Assembly: GCA_963769935.1 (NCBI GenBank) | Contig: CAVYNY010000020.1 | Coordinates: forward strand, 320,001 to 384,000 | Source: an uncultured delta proteobacterium | GTDB lineage: Bacteria > Desulfobacterota > Desulfobacteria > Desulfobacterales > JAFDCJ01 | Length of the DNA stretch: 64,000 nucleotides | Direction of reading: 5' to 3' | Part shown: positions 55,884 through 64,000 of the stretch, piece after piece | Layout of the letters: the number at the start of each line of letters is the position of its first letter | How positions within the stretch are numbered: position 1 is the first letter of the stretch | Notes under the pieces: model-generated | Database searches by the model: none | Told to the model about the DNA's origin: nothing | Seen by the model: the letters and a program-made list of their open reading frames with translations, nothing else | Made by a program: the position numbers and the translations under genes

Positions 55884-58547
55884 AAGCTTCTTTTCTATTC
55901 TGACGTGGCATGTCTTCCAGCCCGCTGCCCCGGGTTTTGTCAAATCGGACAGCTCGAAGAGATTCATGGCCTCATTATCGTTGACTCCTGTGGGGATAAA
56001 AATGCTGTCTGCGTTCAAGCCGGGCTTTATTTGGACCGCCCGGGTTACGGTACCGAACCGGGAGCGGACAACCACGGTATCGCCGTTTTGCAGCTCGAGG
56101 TCGGCGGCATCCTGCGAAGAAATTTCTATGTCACCGACGGATGCAAATCCCTGAATCCGCTCGGATGCCCCGGTTCTTGTTCCGCTTCCCAGGTGATATC
56201 TCCGGGTTCCGACAATCGCTGTAAACGGATACTCCCGGTCGGCCGATTCATCTTCATTGAAAACGACCGGATAAAAAGAGATTAATCCATCGGCACCCTC
56301 GGTTTCGAAAAGAGTTTTAGTGCCCGTAATTTTAATCCAGGCTTCCGGACGTCCGTCGAGCGACGCATACATGGGTAGGAGTTGCCGAATTTCTCCTCTT
56401 ATTTTATCGGGAGAACCATAGGGCTCCCTTGCACCAAGCCGGCTTGCCAACTGATCCAGGATCTCCCAATCGGCTTTGGCTTTGCCGGGAGGCCGCACCA
56501 CCGGATTAAACGCTTGAATTCTTCCTTCCAAATTGGTAACCGACCCCTGCTTTTCGCTTAAGGCGGCACCGGCCAGGACGGCGTCCGCTATTTTGGCAGT
56601 TTCGCTGTTAATAATATCCTGTACCACCAGAAAATCTAAATTTTGAAGCGCTTTGCGCGCCCGATCACTTTCCGGCAGTGCCCGCAGCGGGTTTTCGCCC
56701 ATAATGTAAAGGGCTTTCAGGGTTCCCTTTTCTGCCGCTTCAATCATGCGGACCATGTTAAGACCGACATCCGGCGATAGTCTGGTCCCCCAGTTTTTCT
56801 CCCACTTTTTCCGGACGGCCTGATCGGTCTGGGGCTGTCGACCCGGCAACAGGTCCGGCTGCGCCCCCATGTCCATGGCGCCCTGCTGATTGTTTTCCTT
56901 GGCAATTACATATATGCCGGCTCCTTTACGGCCGAGGCTTCCGGTCAGCAAGGTCAGGTTGAGGACTGCTCCCAGGGTGTGCATTCCGTGTTTCTGCTGC
57001 AGGATGCCGTGTCCGATGACGACCGCTATTCTTTTGCCTTTTATCAGCTCAGCGGCGGCCTCGATGACATCTTTTGCCAGACGCGTCCTGCGGCTGATCT
57101 GGTCCAGGTCCAGCGATGACAGACCATAGCGGAACAGGCTGAACCCTTCGGTGTAGCGGTCGATGAAATCTGGATCATAAGCCTCTTTTGCATGCAGCAG
57201 CGCCGCCAGGCCGTTGATCAGTTCAAGATCGCTCTGGGGGTTGACGGGCAGCCACAGGCGCGAGAAACCGGTCAATTCCGTCCGGCGGGGATCCGCGACG
57301 ATCAAAGGCACGCCCTTTTTGGCCGCTCTTTTAAGATAATAGCCGACCACCGGTACCGAATGACTGGGGTCTGCGCCGAGAATTAAAATAACTTCGGCCT
57401 GGGCAAGATCGGCCAGGCGATTCAGGCGATATCCGCCGCCGGTCTTCTCCTCAAATACCTTCAAAAGAGATTGGCCGAATATATAGCCGCCGTTGTCTAT
57501 GTTGTTCGTGCCGATCAATACCCGGGCGATTTTTTGAAAAAGGTAATTTTCCTCATTGGTGCACTTGGAAGAGCCCAGAAACCCAATGCTCTGGGGACCG
57601 TTTTGGTGTTTGATTTCCATTAAACGGTTTGACACCAGCTCCAGCGTCTCGTCCCACGAAGCCGGCGCCAGCACCGCTGTGTTGCCGGCATTGCTTTTGC
57701 GCAGCAGCGGGCCGACGAGGCGTTCAGGCGAGTTTAAAAAATCGTGGGCAAAGTGACCCCGCACACACAGGGTCGCCCCATTGACGCTCTGCGGCTGGTG
57801 GGCCGGGTTTACTTCGATAACACGGTTGTCGGCAGCCCCAACAGCCAGGCGGCAGCCAACACCGCAAAACCCGCAGATTGAAATCTCTTCGGATGCGGGG
57901 CTTCCCACGAAGCGGGTATTTTTAATCGACAGCGCACCGGTCGGGCACATACTGACGCAGGTTCCGCAAAACGTGCAGATGGACTGCTCCAAACCCAACT
58001 CATGGACGGTGGCCGGCCGGGAGCCGAAGCCGCGCATATTATAATCAATGGCGCCGACCACCACCAGTTCGTGGTCGGCCCGGATGCATTTGCCGCACAG
58101 GATGCATTTGCTCAGATCCCTGATGATAAACGGGTTGGCCTGTTCGAGGGGCTTGAAATTGGGCATGTGGTAGAGGTTGGTTTCCCCGATCCCCAGATTG
58201 GCGGCTGCCTGGCGCAGTTGACAGCGGTTGCCCTTACTGCAGACGATGCAGGATTCTGGGTGCTCGGCGATCATCAGACGGACAATGTTGCGGCGATGTT
58301 TGACGATGCGCGGCGATGCTGTTTGCAGGACCATGTCCCGGGCGACGGGCGTGACGCAGGAGGCCATGAGACGTCCCGTTTTTTCATCTTCCACCAGACA
58401 CATCCGGCAGGCGCCGAATGGCTTGAGATCCGGATGATGGCAGAGCCTGGGAATTTTTATGCCGTTTTGTTCGGCGGCCTCCAAAATGCTTGATTGGGCA
58501 GAACAGATGATTTTCTTGCCGTCAATGGTCAAAGGAATGGTATCCAA
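55881..58547 (-). CDS. FdhA/NuoG-like Fe-S molybdopterin-fold protein lacking the catalytic Cys/Sec
   Basis: 2Fe-2S, His-ligated 4Fe-4S, two CxxCxxC, CGFCGVGC; NNIDNGGYIFG in place of NNvDxCarl(C/U)H. Confidence 0.85.
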   Translation of the reverse strand: MDTIPLTIDGKKIICSAQSSILEAAEQNGIKIPRLCHHPDLKPFGACRMCLVEDEKTGRLMASCVTPVARDMVLQTASPRIVKHRRNIVRLMIAEHPESCIVCSKGNRCQLRQAAANLGIGETNLYHMPNFKPLEQANPFIIRDLSKCILCGKCIRADHELVVVGAIDYNMRGFGSRPATVHELGLEQSICTFCGTCVSMCPTGALSIKNTRFVGSPASEEISICGFCGVGCRLAVGAADNRVIEVNPAHQPQSVNGATLCVRGHFAHDFLNSPERLVGPLLRKSNAGNTAVLAPASWDETLELVSNRLMEIKHQNGPQSIGFLGSSKCTNEENYLFQKIARVLIGTNNIDNGGYIFGQSLLKVFEEKTGGGYRLNRLADLAQAEVILILGADPSHSVPVVGYYLKRAAKKGVPLIVADPRRTELTGFSRLWLPVNPQSDLELINGLAALLHAKEAYDPDFIDRYTEGFSLFRYGLSSLDLDQISRRTRLAKDVIEAAAELIKGKRIAVVIGHGILQQKHGMHTLGAVLNLTLLTGSLGRKGAGIYVIAKENNQQGAMDMGAQPDLLPGRQPQTDQAVRKKWEKNWGTRLSPDVGLNMVRMIEAAEKGTLKALYIMGENPLRALPESDRARKALQNLDFLVVQDIINSETAKIADAVLAGAALSEKQGSVTNLEGRIQAFNPVVRPPGKAKADWEILDQLASRLGAREPYGSPDKIRGEIRQLLPMYASLDGRPEAWIKITGTKTLFETEGADGLISFYPVVFNEDESADREYPFTAIVGTRRYHLGSGTRTGASERIQGFASVGDIEISSQDAADLELQNGDTVVVRSRFGTVTRAVQIKPGLNADSIFIPTGVNDNEAMNLFELSDLTKPGAAGWKTCHVRIEKKL

Positions 58548-58666
58548 GGGGAAAGCTCCTTTGCGCTGTGGGTTTCGCGAATTGATTTCAGAAAACCAAG
58601 CGGTTTAACGGTAAATTGCATAGCAACAACCAATGCAATGTAAAAGTCAGAGGATTTTCACATCAA

Positions 58667-59305
58667 TTAGTAAGAGGCTGCGGATGCCAGCGATCGCAAA
58701 ATAAAATAGCAGGAAGTGGCGCCGGCGTCCTGGTGACCGATGGTTCTTTCTCCCAAACGGCTGGCGCGGCCGATTCTGGCCAGCATACCCTTCGTAGAGG
58801 CCATGCCCAGGTAGGCCGTCGCTTCAAAATCCGCCAGGGCCTGCAGCAGCGGTTTGCCTTCTTTTTGGGCCGCTTCGATGGCCCTGACGGCCGGTGAAAG
58901 CGTATCGACCAGGGTTTTGTCGCCCGGACCGGCCTTGCCGATATCCAAAATGCCTTTTTCCCCTGCTTGAAGCATCGCCACCAGGTCATTTAACGTCACC
59001 TCTTTTTTGCCGGCGCTCTGCTGGGCCAGCTTGAGAAAAAATGTCCCGTATAGTGCGCCCATCGCACCGCCGACCGAATTCAGGACCACCATGCCCACAT
59101 CTTTGAGAAGCGTGCCGACATCTTCAGCCGAGCTTTCGGCCAGTTTTTTCTTTACCTGCCGGAAACACTTGGCCATATTGACCCCGTGGTCTCCGTCTCC
59201 GATGGCACCGTCCAACTCCGATAGGTACTCTTTTTCATTTTCGATGACAGCGCACATGTTTTCCAGGGCGCGTAGCATCTGGAGTGCCGTGATGGTATCG
59301 GTCAT
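58667..59305 (-). CDS. dhaL: Dihydroxyacetone kinase-family subunit L (DAK2)
   Basis: LDGAIGDGDHG, GDKTLVD, GRASRLG, DAGA. Confidence 0.9.
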   Translation of the reverse strand: MTDTITALQMLRALENMCAVIENEKEYLSELDGAIGDGDHGVNMAKCFRQVKKKLAESSAEDVGTLLKDVGMVVLNSVGGAMGALYGTFFLKLAQQSAGKKEVTLNDLVAMLQAGEKGILDIGKAGPGDKTLVDTLSPAVRAIEAAQKEGKPLLQALADFEATAYLGMASTKGMLARIGRASRLGERTIGHQDAGATSCYFILRSLASAASY

Positions 59306-59389
59306 CGCTGAAAATTCCTTTGTATTCTAATTAAATTAGGAATAAGTCATGTAGTCAAAGTACTCTTAAACAAGCGGGAAGCTCGATCA

Positions 59390-59527
59390 GCGTGTCTGTT
59401 GTTTGTTGCTTGTGGTTTGTTGTTAAAAGGTTTACCTCATGTTTGTATTTCATTCATTGAAGAGTTTTAAGATGCCGTTCGTCATTCCTGGTTTAATCCA
59501 CAGCTTACAACCTACAACTCACAACAT
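59390..59527. repeat. Inverted 7-mer minisatellite
   Basis: TGTYTGT units answered by ACAACYY units. Confidence 0.65.
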
Positions 59528-59585
59528 GCATGGGGTGCTTAAGCTGAATTTGGGTATTATCTCATGATGCCCGCTTATTTCCCGG

Positions 59586-60587
59586 TTATGCTATCACCTT
59601 ATAACAAGGTGTATCCGCCGGAGCTGCCAGCAGCGCTTTTAATTCCGCATCCAGTTTCATCAGGGTCACCGAAAAGCCCGCCATTTCAAGGCCCGTGAAG
59701 AATTCTCCGACAAAGGCATGCCCGATTTTAATTTTTTTTGCATCCAGCAGTTGTTTTACTTTGCGGTAGCAGATGTATAATTCCAGCTGAGGAGTGCCGC
59801 CCAGTCCGTTAATCAATACGGCGACCTCATCACCGGATCGATACGGAAGATCCTCAATCACCTCGAGGGTCATTTTTTCGGTGATTTCGTCGGCGCTCAT
59901 CATCTTGATTTTGGCAGTGCCGGCCTCACCATGGTGCCCGACCGCATACTCCATCTCATCTTCGGCCAGGGTGAAAGTCGGTGATCCCTTGGCCGGCACG
60001 GTGCAGGGAGAAATTGCGACCCCCAAGGTCCGGGTGTTGTTGTTGACCTTTTCCACGGCGGATTTGCATTCCTGCAAAGTGCCGCCGGCGGCCGCTTTGG
60101 CGCCGGCCACTTTCCAGGCCAGAAAGGATCCCACGACGCCGCGGCGTTTGTGCGCCTCGTCTTTGGGACCGGAGCCCACATCGTCGGTGCCGATAACCTG
60201 CTCAATTTCGATGCCTTCGGCCCGGGCCATGTCGGCGGCCAGTTGAAAATTCATCACGTCACCGGCATAATTACCCAAAAGAAACAGGACGCCCTTGCCG
60301 GCATGCACGGCCTTGGCGGCCTCTAAGCAGGCCAGCGGCGGCGGAGATGTAAATATCTCACCGACGGCCACCGCATCGAGCATGCCCCGGCCGACAAAGC
60401 CGATAAAGGCCGGTTTATGACCGGAGCCGCCGCCGGTAACGATGCCCACCTTGTCCGCCACGGGCGCATCGGTCCGGACAACGGTTCTGGCCGCGTCCAG
60501 TTTGCGGACATATTTTTTATGGACCGCCAGAAACCCTTCCAGCATTTCATCCACTACATCATAGGGATCATTGATGAATTTTTTCAT
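59586..60587 (-). CDS. dhaK: Dihydroxyacetone kinase-family subunit K (DAK1)
   Basis: GGGSGHKP, GEIFTSP, NYAGDVMNF, GHHGE. Confidence 0.9.
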   Translation of the reverse strand: MKKFINDPYDVVDEMLEGFLAVHKKYVRKLDAARTVVRTDAPVADKVGIVTGGGSGHKPAFIGFVGRGMLDAVAVGEIFTSPPPLACLEAAKAVHAGKGVLFLLGNYAGDVMNFQLAADMARAEGIEIEQVIGTDDVGSGPKDEAHKRRGVVGSFLAWKVAGAKAAAGGTLQECKSAVEKVNNNTRTLGVAISPCTVPAKGSPTFTLAEDEMEYAVGHHGEAGTAKIKMMSADEITEKMTLEVIEDLPYRSGDEVAVLINGLGGTPQLELYICYRKVKQLLDAKKIKIGHAFVGEFFTGLEMAGFSVTLMKLDAELKALLAAPADTPCYKVIA

Positions 60588-60763
60588 GGCACCTCCGTCA
60601 TATAGTAACGATTGAATATTGTCGATTGAATATTGAATATTAAAGGAATTCTTTCCAATTTAAAAAGAGACGGAGCTGAGCGACATCCATAAATCTTCAA
60701 TTTTCAATTCAGGCTCGTCCGGTTCAGCTTGATTGAGTTGACAAAATAAACTGAATTAACCAA

Positions 60764-61210
60764 TTACTTCTCATGGTCTTTGGCATACTCATAAATTCTT
60801 TGAATTTTGGGCTCGGACCGGCCGCCGGGCTCATACTTGGCCTTCATCCAGGTGGTGACCAGGCTTTTGGCCAATTCCACACCCGTGACCTGCTCGCCCA
60901 GGGTCATGATGTTGGCATTATTGCTCTTTATCGAACGTTCGGTGGAATATGGATCCGAACACAGGGCGGCATAAGCGCCGGGCACCTTGTTGGCGCTTAT
61001 ACACATACCGATGCCGGTGCCGCACATCAATATGCCGCGGTCATGCCTGCCAGACGCCACCGCTTCAGCTACATCTATGGCCACGTTGGCGTAAATCGGA
61101 TCCTCACTGCCATAGTCTTCACATTCATATCCCAATGCGGCCAGATGCTTGATGATGGCATTTTTGAGTCCGGCGGCATTGGGATCACAACCGATTGCAA
61201 TTTTTTTCAT
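60764..61210 (-). CDS. rpiB: RpiB/LacAB-family sugar-phosphate isomerase
   Basis: CGTGIGMCISANKVPG, SNNAN; IGCDP instead of DH. Confidence 0.85.
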   Translation of the reverse strand: MKKIAIGCDPNAAGLKNAIIKHLAALGYECEDYGSEDPIYANVAIDVAEAVASGRHDRGILMCGTGIGMCISANKVPGAYAALCSDPYSTERSIKSNNANIMTLGEQVTGVELAKSLVTTWMKAKYEPGGRSEPKIQRIYEYAKDHEK

Positions 61211-61313
61211 ACCTTCTTCTCCTGATTAATCGGCCCTGAAAATTAGTATATCCAGGGGCATAGATTGTTCTTTAAAACCGGAATAGAGAAATTAATTCAA
61301 TTTAAGTTCAAGT

Positions 61314-62159
61314 TCAGATGGCCAGGGCCGTCCTGACGAATTCTACTGATCCTTGCATTACCTGCCGGATCTCCTTTAAGTCGACCGGCAGTGGCGCCCG
61401 GCGGGGAGAGCCATCCGGTGCCCGCCTGATCCTCAAAGGGATTTCAAGCGATATGGGTGCGGGTCCCGGCCGGCCGGCCAGCTCTTTTAAGATCTTGCGG
61501 TAATCGATGCTTCCCTTGCCGATCTGGGTAAAATACCACCCTGTTTCATCGGAGGCAACATCTTTGATATGATAATGTGCCGTACAGTCTGCCGCAAACT
61601 TATAGTCGGCTTCCGGCCGGATTTTCCCGCGACAATGGGACAGTAGATTGCCGAAGTCGTAGTTTATTTTGACGGAATCCAGGCCGATTGCTTCAATGGT
61701 ATGTGCCGCCGGTTCACCGGAGTCGATAACATTGGCCTTCCCGTCGCCCGGATTTTCCAGGACGATAGCCATCTTCATTACTTCGGCCGTGTGCCCCAAT
61801 TCTTTTATATTTTCCATGAATTGCCGTCTGTTTTGAAGCGGGGCGGCATTAGACACAATGTATCGCGAACCGATTCTGCGGGCAAATGCCATGCGGTTTT
61901 TGAAAATGTCGACAATTCCTGCCTTTGACAGGTCTACATGCGATGAAAAGGTCAGGCACTTCAGGTCGTGCTCGGCCAGAAGGCTCAAAATCCGCTCAGC
62001 CCTTTCGGCGTTGAAATCGTCTTCGGTAAAGGGGTCCGTGTAGCCTTCGATAAACGCAATTTCAACCAGGTCCACACCGACCGCGGATATTTCTTTGAAA
62101 GCAGTCGCAAGATCGTACCCGTCGTACGCGGCAGTGCTGATTAGAAGCGGATTGTTCAT
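61314..62159 (-). CDS. Sugar phosphate isomerase/epimerase (xylose isomerase-like TIM barrel)
   Basis: LEN, NYDFGN, HIKD, IGKGSID, SLE motifs. Confidence 0.85.
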   Translation of the reverse strand: MNNPLLISTAAYDGYDLATAFKEISAVGVDLVEIAFIEGYTDPFTEDDFNAERAERILSLLAEHDLKCLTFSSHVDLSKAGIVDIFKNRMAFARRIGSRYIVSNAAPLQNRRQFMENIKELGHTAEVMKMAIVLENPGDGKANVIDSGEPAAHTIEAIGLDSVKINYDFGNLLSHCRGKIRPEADYKFAADCTAHYHIKDVASDETGWYFTQIGKGSIDYRKILKELAGRPGPAPISLEIPLRIRRAPDGSPRRAPLPVDLKEIRQVMQGSVEFVRTALAI

Positions 62160-62312
62160 AATAAATTGAAGATGGAAAATTGAAGATTGAATATTTGTGG
62201 TATTCTATCGATTTAATTTCGCTATCAAATCCAAAGAAGCAACAATTTTTATGCCTTCGTGTATTCGTGGCTGAAATTTTACATTGCCGGCTTCTCCAAG
62301 GGCCTGTGTTCT

Positions 62313-63278
62313 TTACTTAAGGGAAAATAGATTGTCTTCAATAAATTGCCAGGTCTTCAGATAGTCATCGCCGGCAATCCGGCGTTCTAATTCGGCGGTA
62401 TCGATTTTACCCAGGAGGTTCCAGATGCGGTTGGAGATTCTGCTGTTGGCCTCAAAGGTCCCGATGATATCCCAGCGGGTGGGAGATGTATCCGAAGTCA
62501 GGTAATCGCTGTAGCCGTATTTTTTAAGATAGTAGAGAAATTCAATATATTCCAGAAAATGCTTGGTGCCGCAGAAATAGTCCCAATCCCAGCGGCCGTC
62601 GTTGTCGTTGATATGGATGTAGGCCCGGTATGGACTTTCAGCCAGCAGCACAAATGCTTCGGCCGGATTTTCGTTGCCGTACATGGAATGTCCGAAGTCA
62701 AGGGTCACCCCCATGTCCTGATTCCGGATGTCGTTGAGCAAACACAGGGTCTTGGCGGCCGTGTCGACAAAACAGCGTCCGCGGGTCTCGCTGGGTTTGT
62801 ACTCGATAAACAGCGGGACTTCGGGTCTGTGAGAACCGGCTTCGGCAAAGGCCTCAACCAGGTATTTCCAGGTCCGTGCATAATCATACTGAAAGGAAAA
62901 CTCGTAACCGTCACCCAGCGGGCAGCAGGTCACCTTATCAGCGCCGACCTGGGCCGCAAAATCCTTGGCCTCCTTGATGAAGCGCACGGCTTTGCTGCGG
63001 ATATCCTTGTTATGAGACGTTAATCCGCCGTTGCGAAATTCGGGTTCGGCCTTCACATTAACGTTGACGGCGGCGATATTTAAGTCATATTTTTCCAGAA
63101 GCGCCCTGGTTTCCTGCGGATCGCTGACTTCATATGGATAGACGATTTCAACCCCGTCATAGCCTTCGATTTCGGTCATCAGTTCGAACTTTTGTTCCAG
63201 ATCCAGCGGTTTGTTATATTCGTGGAACCGATCCTTGGTTTTGGATAAAAAACCTGTGATGATAGCCATCTTCAACAT
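62313..63278 (-). CDS. Xylose isomerase-like TIM-barrel sugar isomerase
   Basis: IEYKPSE, TLDFGHS, HINDN..WDWD motifs. Confidence 0.85.
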   Translation of the reverse strand: MLKMAIITGFLSKTKDRFHEYNKPLDLEQKFELMTEIEGYDGVEIVYPYEVSDPQETRALLEKYDLNIAAVNVNVKAEPEFRNGGLTSHNKDIRSKAVRFIKEAKDFAAQVGADKVTCCPLGDGYEFSFQYDYARTWKYLVEAFAEAGSHRPEVPLFIEYKPSETRGRCFVDTAAKTLCLLNDIRNQDMGVTLDFGHSMYGNENPAEAFVLLAESPYRAYIHINDNDGRWDWDYFCGTKHFLEYIEFLYYLKKYGYSDYLTSDTSPTRWDIIGTFEANSRISNRIWNLLGKIDTAELERRIAGDDYLKTWQFIEDNLFSLK

Positions 63279-63400
63279 AGTATCCTCCTCACCCGAACAA
63301 GCCGGAATTTTCCGGGCTTACGGCTGCACGGTTTAAAAATGAAATACCTCAAGCTGGAATCCCCGGCAACCCATTTATTTAATTATTTGTGGACGCAACA

Positions 63401-64000
63401 CTATTTTTCCCGTACCGTAGCAGATTTGCGAGATCTTCGCGGTAAAACCCAGTCAAGCAACCGGTCTTTTAAGTTTTTGAAAAACGGAACCTGACTAACC
63501 AGCGTCCATACGATGATCAGAAAAAGAATCAGCGACACAGGGCGGGTGAAGATCGGCAAAAAACTTCCCTGGGATACCATCAAGGCCCGCCGCAGGTTTT
63601 CATCCGCCATGGGCCCCAGAATAACACCGATTACCAGCGGTGCGATGGGATACCCCATCTCGATCAAAAAATAGCTGACAATCCCCACCGGCAGCATCAG
63701 ATATAAATTGAAAACGTTAATTCCCAGGGCATATGAGCCGATCATACACAACACCCCGATAATCGGCATAAAAATCTCGGTCGGAATCCGCAGGACCTTG
63801 ACCACCTGCCTGGCCAGCAGCATACCCACCACCCACATCGCCACGGAGGCCAGCAGCAGGATTGCGGCTACTTCAATAATAAAATTAGGGTGCTCAAAGG
63901 AGATCATCGGCCCCGGCGTTACGCCGTGCAGCATCAGCGCTCCCAGGAGCATCGCGGCCGGCGGACTTCCCGGGATGCCCAAATTAAGCAGCGGAATCAT
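63401..64000 (-). CDS. tctA: Tripartite tricarboxylate transporter TctA (3' part; continues beyond the window)
   Basis: LGIPGS..AAMLLGAL..HGVTPGP, APLVIGVILGPMADENLRRAL, FTRP. Confidence 0.9.
   Translation of the reverse strand: MIPLLNLGIPGSPPAAMLLGALMLHGVTPGPMISFEHPNFIIEVAAILLLASVAMWVVGMLLARQVVKVLRIPTEIFMPIIGVLCMIGSYALGINVFNLYLMLPVGIVSYFLIEMGYPIAPLVIGVILGPMADENLRRALMVSQGSFLPIFTRPVSLILFLIIVWTLVSQVPFFKNLKDRLLDWVLPRRSRKSATVREK

Noticed and set aside
55881..58547. Annotation as a selenocysteine formate dehydrogenase
   Set aside because: No in-frame TGA and no Cys at the metal-ligand position
1..64000. CRISPR array, rRNA, intact integrase or intact transposase
   Set aside because: None seen; the tandem repeats lack unique spacers of constant length

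Overview
Bacterial chromosomal window; gene content and style suggest an anaerobic Desulfobacterota (Desulfobacterales-like) organism (inference). (1) 1-13.6 kb is an accessory mosaic next to the 3' end of a tRNA-Glu(CTC). It is full of gene fragments (M48 peptidase, PIN-like, MNT, DUF932-like x2, VOC, HepT) and remnants of an HUH/Y1 (RAYT-like) transposase element with GGGGACGT-type inverted ends. It also has a 574-bp direct repeat of a PRC-barrel gene, a signal-peptide rubrerythrin next to a membrane cytochrome c, and a DUF1254 gene. (2) 14-50 kb holds housekeeping and transport genes: mltB-like, radA, rlmE, yebC, lolA, a ZraSR/ZraP-like sigma54 module, ABC and TRAP transporters, E1 alpha/beta, an aminotransferase, ygiD, an APC-Usp permease and MscS. 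(3) 50.3-58.5 kb is an operon of FdhA/NuoG-like, NuoE, NuoF-GltD fusion, metV and metF. (4) 58.6-64 kb is a TctA/isomerase/RpiB/DhaKL sugar(-acid) cluster. Main highlights: a double zinc-ribbon thioredoxin with an in-frame UGA at the catalytic position (WUPTC, probable selenoprotein, split by the ORF track); a MetVF operon tied to a HydABC/Bfu-like module whose FdhA-like subunit lacks its catalytic residues; a circularly permuted gene-capturing RAYT-like element; pervasive nested 7-8-mer inverted minisatellites between genes; and a 156-bp TTA-targeting MITE. All family assignments come from motif recognition by eye, with no database searches.
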